A DNA stretch of 63,925 bases, filler included, from Chiloscyllium plagiosum (Eukaryota), in NCBI RefSeq assembly GCF_004010195.1. It is 5 parts of one record of this genome, joined end to end, with 100 filler letters (N's around TTAATTAATTAA, not from the genome) between each part and the next. Parts side by side here need not be neighbours in the genome. Positions count along the whole stretch, not along the records: positions 61,203 to 63,925 come from NC_057717.1; 4 more parts are not named here. One strand, 5' to 3'. Under the pieces are notes generated by a model, which worked only from the letters and a program-made list of their open reading frames with translations, ran no database searches and was not told the origin of the DNA. The position numbers were made by a program, and so were the translations under genes. The first letter of the stretch is position 1. Each line of letters starts with the position of its first letter. Shown here in pieces: positions 61,560-63,925 of this stretch.

Positions 61560-61989
61560 GGCAGAGATTTTGAATATGTTTGAGGCACAGACAGAAGGCT
61601 CCTAAATAATAATGGAGTCAAGGATTATCGGGGAATGGCAGGAATGTACAGTGTTGGGGAAACGCTGACACTGGTTAAAAAAAAATCACACTGCTCCAGC
61701 ACATCCAGGAATATAATGCAAAATGAAATGATAATATCGATAAAATGTTAAGGGGAAATCCAAGATGGTGGCGAAGGCAGAGATATTGAATATGTTTGAG
61801 GCAAAGACAGAAGGCTCATAAATAATAACGGAGTCAAGGATTATCGGAGAATGGCAGGAATGTACAGTGTTGGGGAAACGCTGACACTGGTTAAAAAAAA
61901 TCACACTGCTCCAGCACATCCAGGAATATAATGCAAAATGAAATGATAATATCGATAAAATGTTCAGGGGAAATCAAAGATGGTGGCGA
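61560..61989. repeat. ~216-bp tandem duplication
   Basis: Units start at 61560 and 61776 and differ by a few substitutions. Confidence 0.92.
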
Positions 61990-63925
61990 TCTGGAAGGTC
62001 TGCTTTGTTGGGCACTGCATCGCAGCACGGGCAAAGTGGTTTCCTCACCCACTCCATCCCAGCCATTTACTTAAAATGCTTAGTTTTTGAAAGTTTTGAG
62101 AGTTGGCAGTTGTAGTAGACTTAGTTTGTGTAGTCTTTAAGCTCTATGAGACTTTGTTTATTAATGATCATTAATTCGAGTTCTTCCTCTCTTGAGTTCA
62201 AATGTTGCTACAGTGTGTTTTGGGTAATGATGTGCTTAAATGGCCTACCTCGTGCATTAAGGTGAGCCATTGGCCAGAAAAGAGGAAAAAGTTACTTTCT
62301 GGTCTGAAAAAGAGAGGGTAGATATTATCCTATTGCAGGAGATGCACCTTGATGACAAGGAACATCTGACATTACAGCAGGTCGGGCTTGATTGGGTGTA
62401 TGTCTCCTGTTTTAATATTACGAGGATGGGAGAAGCCATAATGGATAAAAAGGATCTTCCACTTAACCTACTCGATTGTATTTGACACTCACGGGAGGCT
62501 CATAATACCCAAAGCCTTGAACTATAGTAAATAATATAGTATTTTGAATGTTTATTGCCCCCCCAGCGTACCCTCTTCAATTCCTGGTAGATACATTTTC
62601 CAAATTCAGTTATCTTGCATCGTGACACATTATTGTAGAAGTTTTCAAAAGTCTTATGGACCCCACGGTGGACAGAATGTCCAAAGGTGCCCCAATACCC
62701 TCGTTATAATGTAAGCAATTAGTGGATATTTGTGCAGAACGAGAACTGGTGGATGTCTGGAGGCAGATCCATATCACAAGTAGGGATTTTACTTTCTTCT
62801 TTAACCGGCATAAATGGCACACGAAGGCTGATATCTTCCCCATTCCTGCAACAATCTTACATTCGGTGGCATCCTGCACAATTGGGAATATTACCATTTC
62901 TGACCATGAAGCAGTATACATATTGATTATGATTAAGGGTAATATAATAGATTCGAGACACTAGTGAATGTATCCCTTTATTCTTAAGACTGGTTGGTTA
63001 ATTGAGTAGTTAGATTAGATTACTTACAGTGTAAAAACAGGCCCTTCGGCCCAAAAATTCCACACCGACCCACCCCCTGATATTTACTCTTCACCGAACA
63101 CTACAGGCAGTTTATCTAACCTGCACATTTTGAGACTGTGGGAGGAAACCCACGCAGACACAGGGAGAATGTGAAAACTCCACACAGACAGTCACCTGAG
63201 GCAAAAATTGAACCCGGCCTCTGGCGCTGTGAGGCAGCAGTGCTCACCATTGTGCCATTGTGCTGCTCACTGCAATGAATTACCATCTTTCTTAGCTATT
63301 AATTCAGATTCAACCAATAACTCATCCACTCTATGGGAAATTGCTAAGGCTTATGCCAAGGGAATAATTATTCCTTATGATGTAGCAGAAGGGGGAGCAG
63401 GAATGCTGGTTTGAGGCAAAGCTGAGCGCAGCCGCGAGTGCATACTGTGATTGTCCCTCAGTGGGTAAGCTGCAGAGGATTACAACGCTTCGGTCTACAG
63501 TGAATTCCACACACACACAGACAGCCAAGAAGGAACTTACTTTTGCAAAACAAAGGCTATTTGAACATGTTGATAAGCCAGGTAGGTATTTAATCTATCT
63601 TTCAGGAAAACGATTGCCACTCTTAAGCCATTACCTCAATTAGGGAAGGTATTGGGATCCTTACCTTCAATTCCAAAAAGATTAATGTCTCCTGTCCGAG
63701 ACTTTACACCGAATTATTTCAGCCTGAACATTGTTAGGATAGATGGATTAAGATGGAGTCATTCTTCAAGAACTTGGGTTTTCCAGGAATAATCCCTGTA
63801 TAGGTGTTGTGGCTTAATGCACCATTGTCAGTGCAGGAGGGTGTGAAGCAGATTCAGAATGTAAAGGTGCAGGTTCCTGACGGATTTCCTTGTGAATTTT
63901 ATAAATAATTTATAAACCTATTGTC
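61965..63925 (+). mobile_element. L1/Tx1-type LINE remnant (5' end, ORF2 endonuclease and linker)
   Basis: VDIILLQEMHL, LNVYCP, LVDVWR..RDFTFF, ISDHEAV, LWEIAKAYAKG and DKPGRYL; multiple stops. Confidence 0.82.
63008..63272 (-). mobile_element. HE1-type V-SINE inserted in the L1
   Basis: Tail repeats, V-domain and head on the - strand. Confidence 0.85.

Overview
This is eukaryotic, repeat-dense DNA. It is very probably from a cartilaginous fish: it carries HE1-type V-SINEs with (ATCTA)n tails, CR1 LINEs, Penelope-like elements and a GPR139-like GPCR remnant. The window is not contiguous. Four identical 100-nt spacers (N44-TTAATTAATTAA-N44) join five separate pieces, and there is also a 500-N gap. 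No intact host protein-coding gene is visible. Piece 1 (1-20445) holds a decayed epsilon/gamma-type ERV and a defective two-LTR provirus (11281-19334). The provirus has a tRNA-Pro PBS, a repeat-built leader, gag with a CCHC knuckle, amber read-through into protease, a deleted RT, an open RNaseH-integrase ORF, an env TM with ISD, and a PPT. A GPCR pseudogene follows it. Pieces 2-4 form a decayed tRNA gene cluster (about 15 Glu/Asp/Arg/Ile/Thr/His/Val remnants) interleaved with CR1, Penelope, SINE and Gypsy debris, plus a third ERV pol fragment. Piece 5 is an L1-type ORF2 remnant. The most notable observations are: a 2H-phosphoesterase-like domain between protease and RT in the third ERV; minimal hammerhead-ribozyme motifs in many short Penelope-derived elements, some as head-to-head palindromes; a near-intact Arg-body tRNA with an AGA (Ser) anticodon; a twin-primed, 5'-inverted CR1 insertion in an LTR; and an apparently chimeric provirus. 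All calls were made by eye, without database searches.
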